A stretch of DNA of 64,000 nt from a phage. Under the pieces are notes generated by a model that was given only the letters and a program-made list of their open reading frames with translations, made no database searches and had not been told where the DNA came from. This document shows positions 21,562 to 31,142 of this stretch, piece after piece. The position numbers and the translations under genes were made by a program. How positions within the stretch are numbered: position 1 is the stretch's first letter; each line of letters opens with the position of its first letter. The DNA lies in the sequence record PZ534534.1; one strand, written 5' to 3'.

Positions 21562-21833
21562 ACCTTCTCGTTGATAAATTTACGGGCGGTTTGGTGGGTT
21601 GTTTCTGCTGTCTTCAGAATGATATTAATTTTATTGTCAAGATCATTCATCTCTGCAGTTAGTTCAGGAATCTCTCCGGCATGCATAGTGAAATCATACA
21701 TAGACATGCCCAGAATCTCATTGATGCGACGGTTGCATTCTGCAGCACGCTGGTTCATTTTCCAAGCTAACACCAAAGCCTCCTGCGTAGCCTCTAGTGC
21801 AAAATCTAATACGTCGGCCTCTTCTTTCGTCAT
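21558..21833 (-). CDS. hypothetical protein
   Basis: 91 aa ORF, start overlaps neighbour stop. Confidence 0.4.
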   Translation of the reverse strand: MTKEEADVLDFALEATQEALVLAWKMNQRAAECNRRINEILGMSMYDFTMHAGEIPELTAEMNDLDNKINIILKTAETTHQTARKFINEKV

Positions 21834-21892
21834 CTCAGTCTCTCCTGTTGTATTGTTGTTGGTAGGTGCATGAATACCTTATAACTCACCTT

Positions 21893-22423
21893 TTATTCAA
21901 ACTGTAATAGCAAGTCCACTACCGCGCTAGGTCTGTCAACAAATTCCCCAGGTCCACATGCCCACAGAGGGTATCCGTCTACATACCGCCAAATCCAACC
22001 TGCGGTGTGGAGTTCGAGCAGGGCAGTGCCGTCCTTACTGTCAACCACTCTTTCCCACAGTGTCGGGCAGCGAAGCTTGAGGACCGGATCACCTCCCTTA
22101 TACCCGTCCATGTAGATACCCATTGCAAAGTTCAGCATCATCTTTTTGTGCACTGATCTCTTACTGAGGGTGCTCATCACTTCCTCTTTGTGAATGTTTG
22201 TAAGCTTCTCTTTGGCTACCCGCAGATCGTTGCAACCATTGTTCAGCAGATCTTCCAGACACTTGATCCGAAGGTCGTGAATGTCTTTGTCGTGTACCGT
22301 TGGCACAGGGTCGTAGCGGTATAGCACTGTTGATACAAGGTTGCTCGGGTGTGGGTCTGACAGCAACCCATACCCAATGTCTCTGTCAAGCTTTCCTGTG
22401 TTGTAAGCCACATTGACCGCCAT
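21893..22423 (-). CDS. hypothetical protein
   Basis: 176 aa ORF in co-oriented minus-strand block. Confidence 0.4.
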   Translation of the reverse strand: MAVNVAYNTGKLDRDIGYGLLSDPHPSNLVSTVLYRYDPVPTVHDKDIHDLRIKCLEDLLNNGCNDLRVAKEKLTNIHKEEVMSTLSKRSVHKKMMLNFAMGIYMDGYKGGDPVLKLRCPTLWERVVDSKDGTALLELHTAGWIWRYVDGYPLWACGPGEFVDRPSAVVDLLLQFE

Positions 22424-22425
22424 GA

Positions 22426-22671
22426 CTATAGCTCCACTAGCAAAGTGCTTTCAAAGTGCCGTTCATGCAGACCGTTGTAAGGGACCACTTCCACAACACC
22501 ATCACGGACATACGGGGCCATCATAGTGGTATAATCTCCAAACGGGTTGGTATTGTCACTAACCACAACCACCTTCTGCCCTTCCTTGGCAGAGTGCCAA
22601 ATAGATCTGCACTTCATCAGGTGTTCTAGAGCTCCAGGTAAAATTTTGTTACGTTCTTTACGGGTCTTCAT
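22426..22671 (-). CDS. hypothetical protein
   Basis: 81 aa ORF tightly packed with neighbours. Confidence 0.35.
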   Translation of the reverse strand: MKTRKERNKILPGALEHLMKCRSIWHSAKEGQKVVVVSDNTNPFGDYTTMMAPYVRDGVVEVVPYNGLHERHFESTLLVEL

Positions 22672-23117
22672 AACAGGTATAGCTCCTTATGAAAGTGGTC
22701 TTTTAATTTCTCACTGAGAAACTTCTTGATACCTTCCTCTAAAGTGTTTTCGATGTAGTCCAGCTTAACTGCTTCGATGGACATATCATAGATTGCCAGC
22801 TCTAAGCTGTCAAGTCCCATCATAGCATGAACCATAAGATTTTCATCTTCAGATACATTCAGGGGACTTCCTATAACATCTGTAGGTAGGATAGTTTCCC
22901 AATTATTCTGAGCGGTAGTTCTCCCGCCATCTACTTTACGGCGCAGTTCGAATGTGTTCTTAGTGTAGAACACTTCATAAGAAACGATACGACTGTCACT
23001 CTCATAATAGACGAAGTTCAGGTAGGATCCTAGCCGCAGTCGGCAAACTTCCACCCCAAACCATTGTTTCTTATAAGAATTCAGGCTAATGCTGTCGCAT
23101 TCACGTTTGCTCAACAC
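22668..23117 (-). CDS. hypothetical protein
   Basis: 149 aa ORF, overlapping stop/start with neighbours. Confidence 0.4.
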   Translation of the reverse strand: MLSKRECDSISLNSYKKQWFGVEVCRLRLGSYLNFVYYESDSRIVSYEVFYTKNTFELRRKVDGGRTTAQNNWETILPTDVIGSPLNVSEDENLMVHAMMGLDSLELAIYDMSIEAVKLDYIENTLEEGIKKFLSEKLKDHFHKELYLL

Positions 23118-23133
23118 GGTTATCTCCTTTTTG

Positions 23134-23367
23134 TTAATCTTCGTAAATCAGGATTTCTGCTTTAGGTTTTCGTGCTTTCAGGTCCAGCTCTATCCAGTGC
23201 ACCATAGCTGTTTCAAGAAAAACAGCCTGTATGCATCCGTCTTCAGCGTGCCCTACCAGCATAACAAGATCTTCACCTTCATCATCTGCATCACGAACAT
23301 ACAAAATCTCTCCAGATTCAAAGTCTTTCACAACCTGATTGCTGGATAATTTACGAATTTTTGCCAT
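23134..23367 (-). CDS. hypothetical protein
   Basis: 77 aa ORF. Confidence 0.35.
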   Translation of the reverse strand: MAKIRKLSSNQVVKDFESGEILYVRDADDEGEDLVMLVGHAEDGCIQAVFLETAMVHWIELDLKARKPKAEILIYED

Positions 23368-23368
23368 A

Positions 23369-23632
23369 TCAGAAACCCTCTAAAAAGCTCTTGTAGAAAA
23401 TAATCTCAGTATCCACACCAGTCACAATCTTGTCGTTCCTGATTTCATCTGTAAGATAGGTGTCAAAACGCAGCACCTGTGTGGTATTGTCACACATCCA
23501 CTCGGCTGTGACCATGGCAAAAATCTTAGCATCTTCATTATCCGGTGTGAATGTTACCACCTCACCGCATTTAAACTTTTCGATAGGTTGCGTGTTAGCT
23601 TTTGGTTCTGCAATAGTGATTTTTGTAGTCAT
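23369..23632 (-). CDS. hypothetical protein
   Basis: 87 aa ORF. Confidence 0.35.
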   Translation of the reverse strand: MTTKITIAEPKANTQPIEKFKCGEVVTFTPDNEDAKIFAMVTAEWMCDNTTQVLRFDTYLTDEIRNDKIVTGVDTEIIFYKSFLEGF

Positions 23633-23898
23633 TACTCTTCCTTCATAGTTTCACCAAATACTTCGATACGAGCGTCAAGCTCTGTTGCTTTCAGCTCCCC
23701 AACAAAATCTTTCAGTTCTTTCTCGTCAAGATCGTATGCCCACACACAAGATGAGCATGCAGATTTCACGATTAGCAGTGTAGATACACGGCCTGACTCT
23801 GTAATCATGCTCACAATGGTTCCTACAGGGAACGTGTTGATAGCTTTTTTAACTGGGCGTTCAGCTTTAATTACTACCTCTGTTGCCATAAATACCAT
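23632..23898 (-). CDS. hypothetical protein
   Basis: 88 aa ORF. Confidence 0.35.
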   Translation of the reverse strand: MVFMATEVVIKAERPVKKAINTFPVGTIVSMITESGRVSTLLIVKSACSSCVWAYDLDEKELKDFVGELKATELDARIEVFGETMKEE

Positions 23899-23904
23899 CC
23901 TCTC

Positions 23905-25386
23905 TTACTTAGCGTACTCGATTAATTCCACAGTTTTCCCAAAGCTCGGGATATAATTTTTATTATACCCTTCGGTGAGAACCCATAAAGTATCGTACTT
24001 TTTCCACTTGTTGTCAACAGCCTTTTGTTCAAAGTTATGCTCAAAGTAGAGGTCGGTAAGGACGATGACATCTTTTGCATTCGGTATGTTAGCATCCAGA
24101 TACTCGAACACGCAGGCGGCTGTTGTGCCCCATGTTGAGTGGACCTCATAGTTAATCATCTCATCGATGTTACCGCGAGTGTATACTTTAACCTCTCCAA
24201 CCTCCGTTGACCAACAGAACATAGTAACCTTAAACTCTTTATACAAATTGCACAACCCGGTGATCTCATTGAACATTTTCTTTAAAGTTCTTTGTGAGAT
24301 CGACCCAGAAACGTCTAAAGCCACTACAATATCTATAGTGTTTTCCGGATTACGACCAGGAACAATAACGTGTTGATTCTTGTTTATAGCTCCAACTTTT
24401 CGCATTGTGGTGGTCAAAGACCCAGATCGGCGACCAGGTTTTCTGTAGGTTAACTCAGCCTTTCTTTTAGATAACATACGTTGCTTAATAATATCTATAT
24501 AATTGATTACAGGCTTGCCTCTGTTTTTGACAAACTCGCGCACCGCCTCGGGGCAACGACCTCCTGAAGCTTGCATTGCTGCTTCCAACATGTCACCAGA
24601 GTCCTGCATGGCCTGATCTTTGTCAGATTGACTGATTACTGGTTGCGGCTGATCATACCCCATAGCCTTTCCAAGATCATCACTAGTGCCACCGTTCCCG
24701 CTCATGTGATCATCGGTTTGTCGTTTATCTCCTTGGGAGTTCTCACCTTTACCGTTCTTACTTTTACCGCCATTCTGATCTCTTTGTTTATCAAGAACTG
24801 CATAGACGTTCTCAGCAATCCATCCATGAAACCTCATGTCGCAGTAGCAATTAGCTAAGAAGCCAAAAGGCTTACCTTTTACGAACTCAGTGCTTTTCCC
24901 CTTCGGGAAGAAAACACAAGGAGGCTTGCTAAAGTCAACCACAAGACCTGTGTTGATAACGTGATCACAAGCAATATTGAACAGTTCCGGCTCAAAGCTT
25001 TTACCACGGACCAGATGATCACAGATAATATGCCCCACCTCATGTGACAGAAGAAAGGCCACCTCTTTCACAGATTTTGGGGAATAGAAAACCTCAGCCA
25101 TCTCAAACTGCTTGTCAGTCAGAGATGCTTTAAGAATGGTTTTACGCTCATCCGCCAACCCCATAATGAACTCAGGGCTGTAGTAGATGCGTTTATGGTC
25201 GGTTGCCATGGTGGAGCACCATGTGTGGTTTTCTACGAACTGCAACCCTGACAGTAGTGTGCCATAAAACGGCAGCTTTTCAAGGAGATACATACGTGCA
25301 GCCTGCAACATTCTCAGGGCATCATCTTTCTGCGAGGCAATGATTTCTGAACTTCTGCTATCCATTAAAACTCCAGAAGGGGCCAT
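23905..25386 (-). CDS. VWA-domain protein with N-terminal HExxH metallopeptidase-like domain
   Basis: HEVGH zincin motif; MIDAS-like DVSGS in C-terminal region; 493 aa. Confidence 0.55.
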   Translation of the reverse strand: MAPSGVLMDSRSSEIIASQKDDALRMLQAARMYLLEKLPFYGTLLSGLQFVENHTWCSTMATDHKRIYYSPEFIMGLADERKTILKASLTDKQFEMAEVFYSPKSVKEVAFLLSHEVGHIICDHLVRGKSFEPELFNIACDHVINTGLVVDFSKPPCVFFPKGKSTEFVKGKPFGFLANCYCDMRFHGWIAENVYAVLDKQRDQNGGKSKNGKGENSQGDKRQTDDHMSGNGGTSDDLGKAMGYDQPQPVISQSDKDQAMQDSGDMLEAAMQASGGRCPEAVREFVKNRGKPVINYIDIIKQRMLSKRKAELTYRKPGRRSGSLTTTMRKVGAINKNQHVIVPGRNPENTIDIVVALDVSGSISQRTLKKMFNEITGLCNLYKEFKVTMFCWSTEVGEVKVYTRGNIDEMINYEVHSTWGTTAACVFEYLDANIPNAKDVIVLTDLYFEHNFEQKAVDNKWKKYDTLWVLTEGYNKNYIPSFGKTVELIEYAK

Positions 25387-25398
25387 TGGCCCCTGTCA

Positions 25399-26442
25399 TT
25401 ATTTAACGTGTTTGAAAATACCTGCCAACTCGGTCATTGTCATGCGGGTGGTCTTCATAAGATCTGTCATAGCTTTCTCCATAATTGGAGATACTACCAT
25501 AAAGTTTCCTTTAGTGAAACCTTTATTCCAGTCGGTCACCAACAGGGGTTTAAGTCCAGCTCCAAGACGTTCACCAGTTAAAGCACAGCATTTGCGAATA
25601 TACGAACTCTTAAATTGGCTGAATGACAGATCAACTTTCATACCTACATCGTAGAACGTTTGACAATAGAAAGTGTAAGCTTTGGCAATCTCAACATCAT
25701 CAGGTAGTGCAGGAACCTCTTCTGTAAGCTCCTCTTCGACCTCCTGAGTCTCTTTTTCCTCTTCATGCACCTGTTGCGTCATTTCTTCAATCTCTTCTGT
25801 GATAGGCTCGTTTACAATGTCGGAAATGTGCTTCTTGGGTGCACGATAAGTAACTTTAGACATCGGTAGCATATCTTCCTCCTCTTCTTCGTCAAAGAGT
25901 GCTAGTTTATCCTCTTCCGTTCCATATTGCAAGATGAAATCTTCAAAAGTATAATCACCTTTCAATTTCTCCATACGCTCTTCGCTCAGGTGGAGCATCA
26001 TCTGCTGGACAATTTTTCGATCAGTTTCGTCTTTAATCAAGACTGCAGTCTTTTTATCTACCAGACAGTCCTTTAGAGAGTTGCATCTCAATCCCACCAC
26101 ACAACAGTTATCAGCCGCATAAGGACCTTCATCATCTATCCGCTCCAGAGATGGGTAGAAAGGATTCCCCAGCCCGTTTTCATCTGTGTGCATGTCAAAA
26201 GGTATAAGGGTATAGTCGCATACTCCATCTCCTAAAAGTTTTTTACCAAATAGGAGGTATTCTTCCCATGACAGGTCGAACTCTATATCTCGTTTCCGTG
26301 CGTTATTCTGTTTGCGTCTATATTTTTTGAGCAAGCGCTCTAACTCTTCTGGTGTATAATATTTTTCAAGATTCATGAGTCGTCTCTCGTGCTCTGTAAG
26401 TGAAGAAATCGTATCAATTGTCTCAACAGATGTCAACATCAA
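25399..26442 (-). CDS. HNH-like endonuclease domain fused to acidic C-terminal region
   Basis: N-term NARKRDIEF...SLERIDDEGPY..DNCCVV..CNSLK resembles phage HNH nucleases; Glu/Asp-rich linker then MSKVTYRA segment. Confidence 0.4.
   Translation of the reverse strand: MMLTSVETIDTISSLTEHERRLMNLEKYYTPEELERLLKKYRRKQNNARKRDIEFDLSWEEYLLFGKKLLGDGVCDYTLIPFDMHTDENGLGNPFYPSLERIDDEGPYAADNCCVVGLRCNSLKDCLVDKKTAVLIKDETDRKIVQQMMLHLSEERMEKLKGDYTFEDFILQYGTEEDKLALFDEEEEEDMLPMSKVTYRAPKKHISDIVNEPITEEIEEMTQQVHEEEKETQEVEEELTEEVPALPDDVEIAKAYTFYCQTFYDVGMKVDLSFSQFKSSYIRKCCALTGERLGAGLKPLLVTDWNKGFTKGNFMVVSPIMEKAMTDLMKTTRMTMTELAGIFKHVK
25840..25868. repeat. 29-bp perfect inverted repeat, left copy
   Basis: Reverse complement equals TACCGATGTCTAAAGTTACTTATCGTGCA, identical to 27702-27730. 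Confidence 0.8.
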
Positions 26443-26449
26443 AAACGTG

Positions 26450-26478
26450 TTGACTTTACTCTAACTCCACAATATAGT
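26450..26478 (+). promoter_or_regulatory. sigma70-like promoter
   Basis: TTGACT-N17-TATAGT in divergent intergenic region upstream of 26519 gene. Confidence 0.5.
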
Positions 26479-26518
26479 GCACCCATTCGAAAGAAAACTA
26501 ACATAGGAGCACTTACTT

Positions 26519-27418
26519 ATGGCAAATCTTAACAGTTTTAGTACGCGGTGGAAACAGGACATAACAACCAATCTTTCAGCTGGGGACATCCTTTCTGCAA
26601 TTTACGAGGCTTTAGATGATAAAGCTACTTCAAAAGCGGTTTGTACCAACCCATTAATTCCTATAGTGATGAAGGTTATTGAGCGTAGATTGGTATCTGG
26701 GTCTGATAAGTGGACATATTTAGATAATGAAGGACACACCTATTCCAATGGGTATGTCGATATAAAAGTAGAATACGCGGTATCATACCGCCGGAGCGGT
26801 TCTGTAACTTTCAACTTCTCTGGAGGTTTTCGATCTCTGGCTACCTCACCTTTTGTTTCCTCAGAGGAGAAGTATGAGCTGCCATTTCTTTGGATGATGG
26901 CTAACGCGACAGGAAAAACCCCCGTTAGCATCCGAGTAAAATACAACTACAACGGATCTAGTAAGATCTATGCCGAAAGTGTCTCAGCAAGTTTTTATTT
27001 TGTGATGGGGGATGGAATCCTCAAACATATAAAGATGTGCGATATGCATGATGTTATAAATGAAGTGACTGATAAGAATGTTCTAGTGAAAGACCTCAAC
27101 AATTTTTATACACCTGGAGACTATTACGTCAGCCGTCCGCTGTGCATCTTTAATGCCGCACACCCTCTAGGTGAGTATTTGATCGCCAATAGCGATATTG
27201 CCAATAACCGCTTCGAGGTAGCAAGAGTTCAGAATGAGGTATTGACATCTTGCAAGAGCGGTGATAAGTTTACCGAAGAAGAGATGGGTGTTTTAGAAAT
27301 GATGGGATATAAGTGTAGCCTTTGGGTAGATGAGGTGTTTAATGATTGCATCTATGGACAGGATATTTACCCATTAAAGAAGTATACTGATACAAGTTTA
27401 ATTTATGCGAGGGTTTGA
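26519..27418 (+). CDS. hypothetical protein
   Basis: 299 aa ORF with AGGAG RBS; first gene of + strand block. Confidence 0.45.
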   Translation: MANLNSFSTRWKQDITTNLSAGDILSAIYEALDDKATSKAVCTNPLIPIVMKVIERRLVSGSDKWTYLDNEGHTYSNGYVDIKVEYAVSYRRSGSVTFNFSGGFRSLATSPFVSSEEKYELPFLWMMANATGKTPVSIRVKYNYNGSSKIYAESVSASFYFVMGDGILKHIKMCDMHDVINEVTDKNVLVKDLNNFYTPGDYYVSRPLCIFNAAHPLGEYLIANSDIANNRFEVARVQNEVLTSCKSGDKFTEEEMGVLEMMGYKCSLWVDEVFNDCIYGQDIYPLKKYTDTSLIYARV

Positions 27419-27693
27419 CTATGATGAAGGCATGTGGTAATGTATATTACGTCGGTGAACATGTTCAGGCAGACAGTGTGTGGAAATCTATTAAGTCCAC
27501 CACTGACGATGCCTTTCTGAGTGGACTATGTTTCCCCAATCCGGGAGACATCCTCCCTCATCCTGGAGATTTTGTTGTCAACAAGATGGACGGTTATACC
27601 GTGTGCCTGATGGTTGAAAAAATCTTTTTAGACACTAGACACAATCACCGTCTTGTGTTAAAATTTCAAGAATGTAAAATGACAATTGCCTAA
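27415..27693 (+). CDS. hypothetical protein
   Basis: 92 aa ORF, ATGA overlap with upstream gene. Confidence 0.4.
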   Translation: MTMMKACGNVYYVGEHVQADSVWKSIKSTTDDAFLSGLCFPNPGDILPHPGDFVVNKMDGYTVCLMVEKIFLDTRHNHRLVLKFQECKMTIA

Positions 27694-27701
27694 GGAGACC
27701 T

Positions 27702-27730
27702 TACCGATGTCTAAAGTTACTTATCGTGCA
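27702..27730. repeat. 29-bp perfect inverted repeat, right copy
   Basis: TACCGATGTCTAAAGTTACTTATCGTGCA spanning start codon of 27707 gene. Confidence 0.8.
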
Positions 27731-28063
27731 GCTATTTACTGCAATGAACACCCAATCAATAATGATGGTCACTGCCTTTTTAAAGAAAATCAATTGGGCT
27801 GTATTGTCCTCCCTGATGAAGGGGAAGGTTATCTGATTGCATTGACAGGGTTTGAACCTAAGGCTCTGGAAGCCAATCTGGACTACCTGGTAGAAGAGGG
27901 TGCTGCAGACCTGGTTGCCAATGGCCTCTCCATAAGCCTTGACGAAGTAGAGCGCTTCATGGGCAATTACCGTGTAGTGCGTGAGTTTACTATCGAGGTG
28001 GAAACTCCCGAGTGGGGTAGCCATGAAACTAATGCCGAAGAAAAAGAAGAGGAGGTAGAATAA
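27707..28063 (+). CDS. hypothetical protein with acidic C-terminus
   Basis: ATG 27707 preceded by AAGGAG; N-term MSKVTYRA encoded by the 29-bp repeat. Confidence 0.45.
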   Translation: MSKVTYRAAIYCNEHPINNDGHCLFKENQLGCIVLPDEGEGYLIALTGFEPKALEANLDYLVEEGAADLVANGLSISLDEVERFMGNYRVVREFTIEVETPEWGSHETNAEEKEEEVE

Positions 28064-28320
28064 TGAAAGTGCAGATCTTGACTAATGCCGAGAAGATGTT
28101 TATTGAAGATACACCTTTTGAAGCTGGTGAGCTACAGTTCGTTTATTTTGTTGACTTAGATAAGGTGTTTCCTGCACTGAATCTAGGTTTGGATGAAGTT
28201 CCTCATAAGGTTTTGTGCCAAGTTGTTCGTGCCTTAGCGGCAGAGGGGGAGTTCCACACCCTTCAAGATGTCCAGACCTACGGGTATCTTGAACTACAAC
28301 GAGAAGAAGAGGTGGACTGA
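28063..28320 (+). CDS. hypothetical protein
   Basis: 85 aa ORF, start overlaps upstream stop. Confidence 0.4.
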   Translation: MKVQILTNAEKMFIEDTPFEAGELQFVYFVDLDKVFPALNLGLDEVPHKVLCQVVRALAAEGEFHTLQDVQTYGYLELQREEEVD

Positions 28321-28322
28321 TA

Positions 28323-28703
28323 ATGGCTCAGTGGAAGACAACAGTTGACCTTCATGATCAGTGGTTAGGACGCATCACTGAAGACGGGAAGCTAGTGGAG
28401 TGGGACAATAAGCATGTTAGCGAGTTGGCAAGTATTGTGGCTGGCAAGTTACGCTCCAAGTTCCCTGAACAACTGGATCCTGATAGTTCAAAGTTCGATC
28501 CTGAGTTAGAGGATGTTGTATACTACTTCGACACCGTTGATGACTACGACGCGTGGTTTGCAGCACGGGAGCTTTACCCACAAGGCTCTGCTATGCGCCA
28601 GATGGAAGAAGATTATCCTCCGTGTGAGCAATTCAATAGTGCAATGACTTGCCTCTATGATTGGGCAGATAAGAACCTTGTCTGGATTCGGACTGCATTT
28701 TAG
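28323..28703 (+). CDS. hypothetical protein
   Basis: 126 aa ORF. Confidence 0.4.
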   Translation: MAQWKTTVDLHDQWLGRITEDGKLVEWDNKHVSELASIVAGKLRSKFPEQLDPDSSKFDPELEDVVYYFDTVDDYDAWFAARELYPQGSAMRQMEEDYPPCEQFNSAMTCLYDWADKNLVWIRTAF

Positions 28704-28747
28704 TGGGCAGGAATGGCGGCAAGGATGCTGCTTAAGGAGTAGTAGAG

Positions 28748-29017
28748 ATGTTATACCAGCAATATGAACTTCGTGCAGAAAAAGAGTTAAATTTTGACAA
28801 AGATATTCACAGATATTATTATGGGAAAGTTAGAGGGCAAGCAAGAAAGTGTACTCCAACACTCTTTTATGCCAGCAGACGACTAGCGCCAGAAGAGGCA
28901 ACAGCAGAAAGGGTTGCGTACAACTGGAGAGTCACGTATGATATTGACAGATTCGATGTGATATCTGTTTTGGAAAACTTTGAAAACACTTACACACAAG
29001 TAGAGGACTTTTACTAA
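28748..29017 (+). CDS. hypothetical protein
   Basis: 89 aa ORF, stop overlaps next start. Confidence 0.4.
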   Translation: MLYQQYELRAEKELNFDKDIHRYYYGKVRGQARKCTPTLFYASRRLAPEEATAERVAYNWRVTYDIDRFDVISVLENFENTYTQVEDFY

Positions 29018-30201
29018 TGTCAAGAAACGTATTCGAAAGTGGTCAAATCACTGTCCGTGAGTTGCCAGCTATTATTCAGTTTGCCCAACGTCATAGCCGA
29101 TCTGTCCTAATTTTGGGACCAATGGGTGTGGGTAAAAGCCAGGTGATGAAGCAGATCGCTGATAATATGTTCGGTGAGCGAGATGACAACCTTGTTGACG
29201 TGCGACTGTCAGATAAAGATCCTGCCGACTTATCTGGGCTACCTATCCCTGTAGAAGCGGATGGAACTACACGTACAGTGTTTGCAATTCCAGAATTTTG
29301 GCCTGCGGATCCTGACTGGAGCGGAATTATCTTTCTGGATGAGCTCACTCATGCAGATAACTACCTGCAAAAGGTTGCAATGCAAATTATGCTTGACCAC
29401 AAGTGCGGCACCTATGCATTCCCTAAAGGTTCTGTTTTTGTGGCTGCGGGTAACCGTTCTACAGATGGTGCGGTTCTTTCGGCGCTCGAAGCCCCTCTGG
29501 CTAACCGTTTTATCATTGTAGAGGTTACAAGCAATGCAGAGGTGTTTATTGAGGACTACGCATTCCTCAACGGGGTTCACTCCTCTGTAATTGGGTATCT
29601 GAAAAGAGTTCCATCAGCTATTGATAATTATGAGGCTATGGCTGAGATTAATTGTCCATCTTTTGCCACACCACGATCTTGGGTTGCTGCATCTGACATC
29701 TTGCACGATTTTGACAGCGGTATTATTTCTGACGCTATGGCCCGTGTTCTTCTACAAGGTGCTATTGGTCACACTGCAGCGGTAGAGATCTGGACTTACC
29801 ACACCAAGAAACGTAATTTACCGGAAATCGGTCGGATTATGGCAGGTGGCTGCAAAGAATACGTAGGTCCTAAGCAGCCAGACATTTTGTGGATTCTTGG
29901 ATCTGAAGGTTGTATCGCTATTCGCAATATGATGGAAAATGCAAGTATCTCAGACGAAGATCTTGTCAGCTGCGTGGCAAACTTCCTCGATTTCCTTTGG
30001 GAAAACTTCAAGGACGAGAACCGAGATTTTGTATTCTCAGTCTTTATGGCGATGATGAAACCTAATGCCTTAGGAAATGCCTTGCTTATCGGTAAAGGGC
30101 GTGACAAGATTGTTGCTCAGCTGATCAAAGCATACCCAAACCTGATGAAGATTGTAAAAGAGTTTGGTGAAGAGTTTAGCGCCATTTTGGCTAAAGCTTA
30201 A
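29017..30201 (+). CDS. AAA+ ATPase, MoxR/CbbQ-like
   Basis: Walker A GPMGVGKSQ, Walker B IIFLDELTHAD; 394 aa. Confidence 0.6.
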   Translation: MSRNVFESGQITVRELPAIIQFAQRHSRSVLILGPMGVGKSQVMKQIADNMFGERDDNLVDVRLSDKDPADLSGLPIPVEADGTTRTVFAIPEFWPADPDWSGIIFLDELTHADNYLQKVAMQIMLDHKCGTYAFPKGSVFVAAGNRSTDGAVLSALEAPLANRFIIVEVTSNAEVFIEDYAFLNGVHSSVIGYLKRVPSAIDNYEAMAEINCPSFATPRSWVAASDILHDFDSGIISDAMARVLLQGAIGHTAAVEIWTYHTKKRNLPEIGRIMAGGCKEYVGPKQPDILWILGSEGCIAIRNMMENASISDEDLVSCVANFLDFLWENFKDENRDFVFSVFMAMMKPNALGNALLIGKGRDKIVAQLIKAYPNLMKIVKEFGEEFSAILAKA

Positions 30202-30211
30202 GGGGGGTTGT

Positions 30212-30592
30212 ATGGCTAAAGTAGGTAAGCGGGGAAACTACCTGGTGGTATTGACCGAGGAGCCGGAGAAGGAGTACGAATGCAGCTCCACTTGCGTGAT
30301 CGATATCCGAGAAAAAGATGTAGATGAAGTCTGGTTTAAAATATTGGACGCTTGCGATAGCAGTGATTATTTCTTCATTTATGTCAACGATAAGGCTGGA
30401 TTCTTCCATGACGACGGAGAGTTGCCGTATGAAATCTATGAACTTGTAGAGGCTTGCCATCGTGGAGATGCGGAGTTGTTTGGCCTACGGCTGAAAAGCG
30501 GTAAATTCTTCTATCAAGATGAGTGCATGAATCTTCATAACTTTGTAGAGGGAACTTGCAACGATGGAGAGATTTTGGCACACTACGATTAA
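30212..30592 (+). CDS. hypothetical protein
   Basis: ATG 30212 after AAGGGGGG RBS; 126 aa. Confidence 0.4.
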   Translation: MAKVGKRGNYLVVLTEEPEKEYECSSTCVIDIREKDVDEVWFKILDACDSSDYFFIYVNDKAGFFHDDGELPYEIYELVEACHRGDAELFGLRLKSGKFFYQDECMNLHNFVEGTCNDGEILAHYD

Positions 30593-30603
30593 TTTCTAAG
30601 ACC

Positions 30604-30630
30604 TCCCCCGCTTCGGCGGGGATTTTCTAT
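30604..30630 (+). terminator. rho-independent terminator
   Basis: CCCCGC-UUCG-GCGGGG hairpin (same stem-loop as 4503-4518) followed by ATTTTCTATTT. Confidence 0.55.
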
Positions 30631-30641
30631 TTGGAGTCATT

Positions 30642-31142
30642 GTGAAAATTAAGATCTTTGCTATTATTTTGAGCGCACTTTTATCGCTGCCTGTTGTTGC
30701 AGCACCAAAACAAAAAGTATATCATACTTGCAAGCCATCAGATACTAAGGAAAACATTCTGGCATGCAATATCTACAGGGAAGCTAGAGGAGATGGCACG
30801 ATGGGTATGCTGGCATCTGGGTTTGCCACACTAAACAGGAAATCCCACCCTAAATACCCAGACACTATAAGAAAGATTGTCTACCAACCTAACCAGTTTT
30901 CGTGGACAAACCACGGCAAAACTTTTAAGGTGACAGAAAAAGATTCATGGGATCACGCTAAAAGTCTTGCAAAGATGCTTCTAAAGGTCTATAATAACAA
31001 CCATGTTGCATACATGGCTATGGACATAACAGGTGGAGCAACACACTACCATACAACCAAAGTACGACCGAAATGGGCAAAAAAGATGCAGAGGACAGCT
31101 CAATTCGGGAGCCATATCTACTACAAGGAGCGCAATAAATGA
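30642..31142 (+). CDS. secreted cell wall hydrolase (SleB/Hydrolase_2-like)
   Basis: GTG start; N-terminal signal peptide; NIYREARGD and NQFSW motifs typical of SleB-type hydrolases. Confidence 0.5.
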   Translation: MKIKIFAIILSALLSLPVVAAPKQKVYHTCKPSDTKENILACNIYREARGDGTMGMLASGFATLNRKSHPKYPDTIRKIVYQPNQFSWTNHGKTFKVTEKDSWDHAKSLAKMLLKVYNNNHVAYMAMDITGGATHYHTTKVRPKWAKKMQRTAQFGSHIYYKERNK

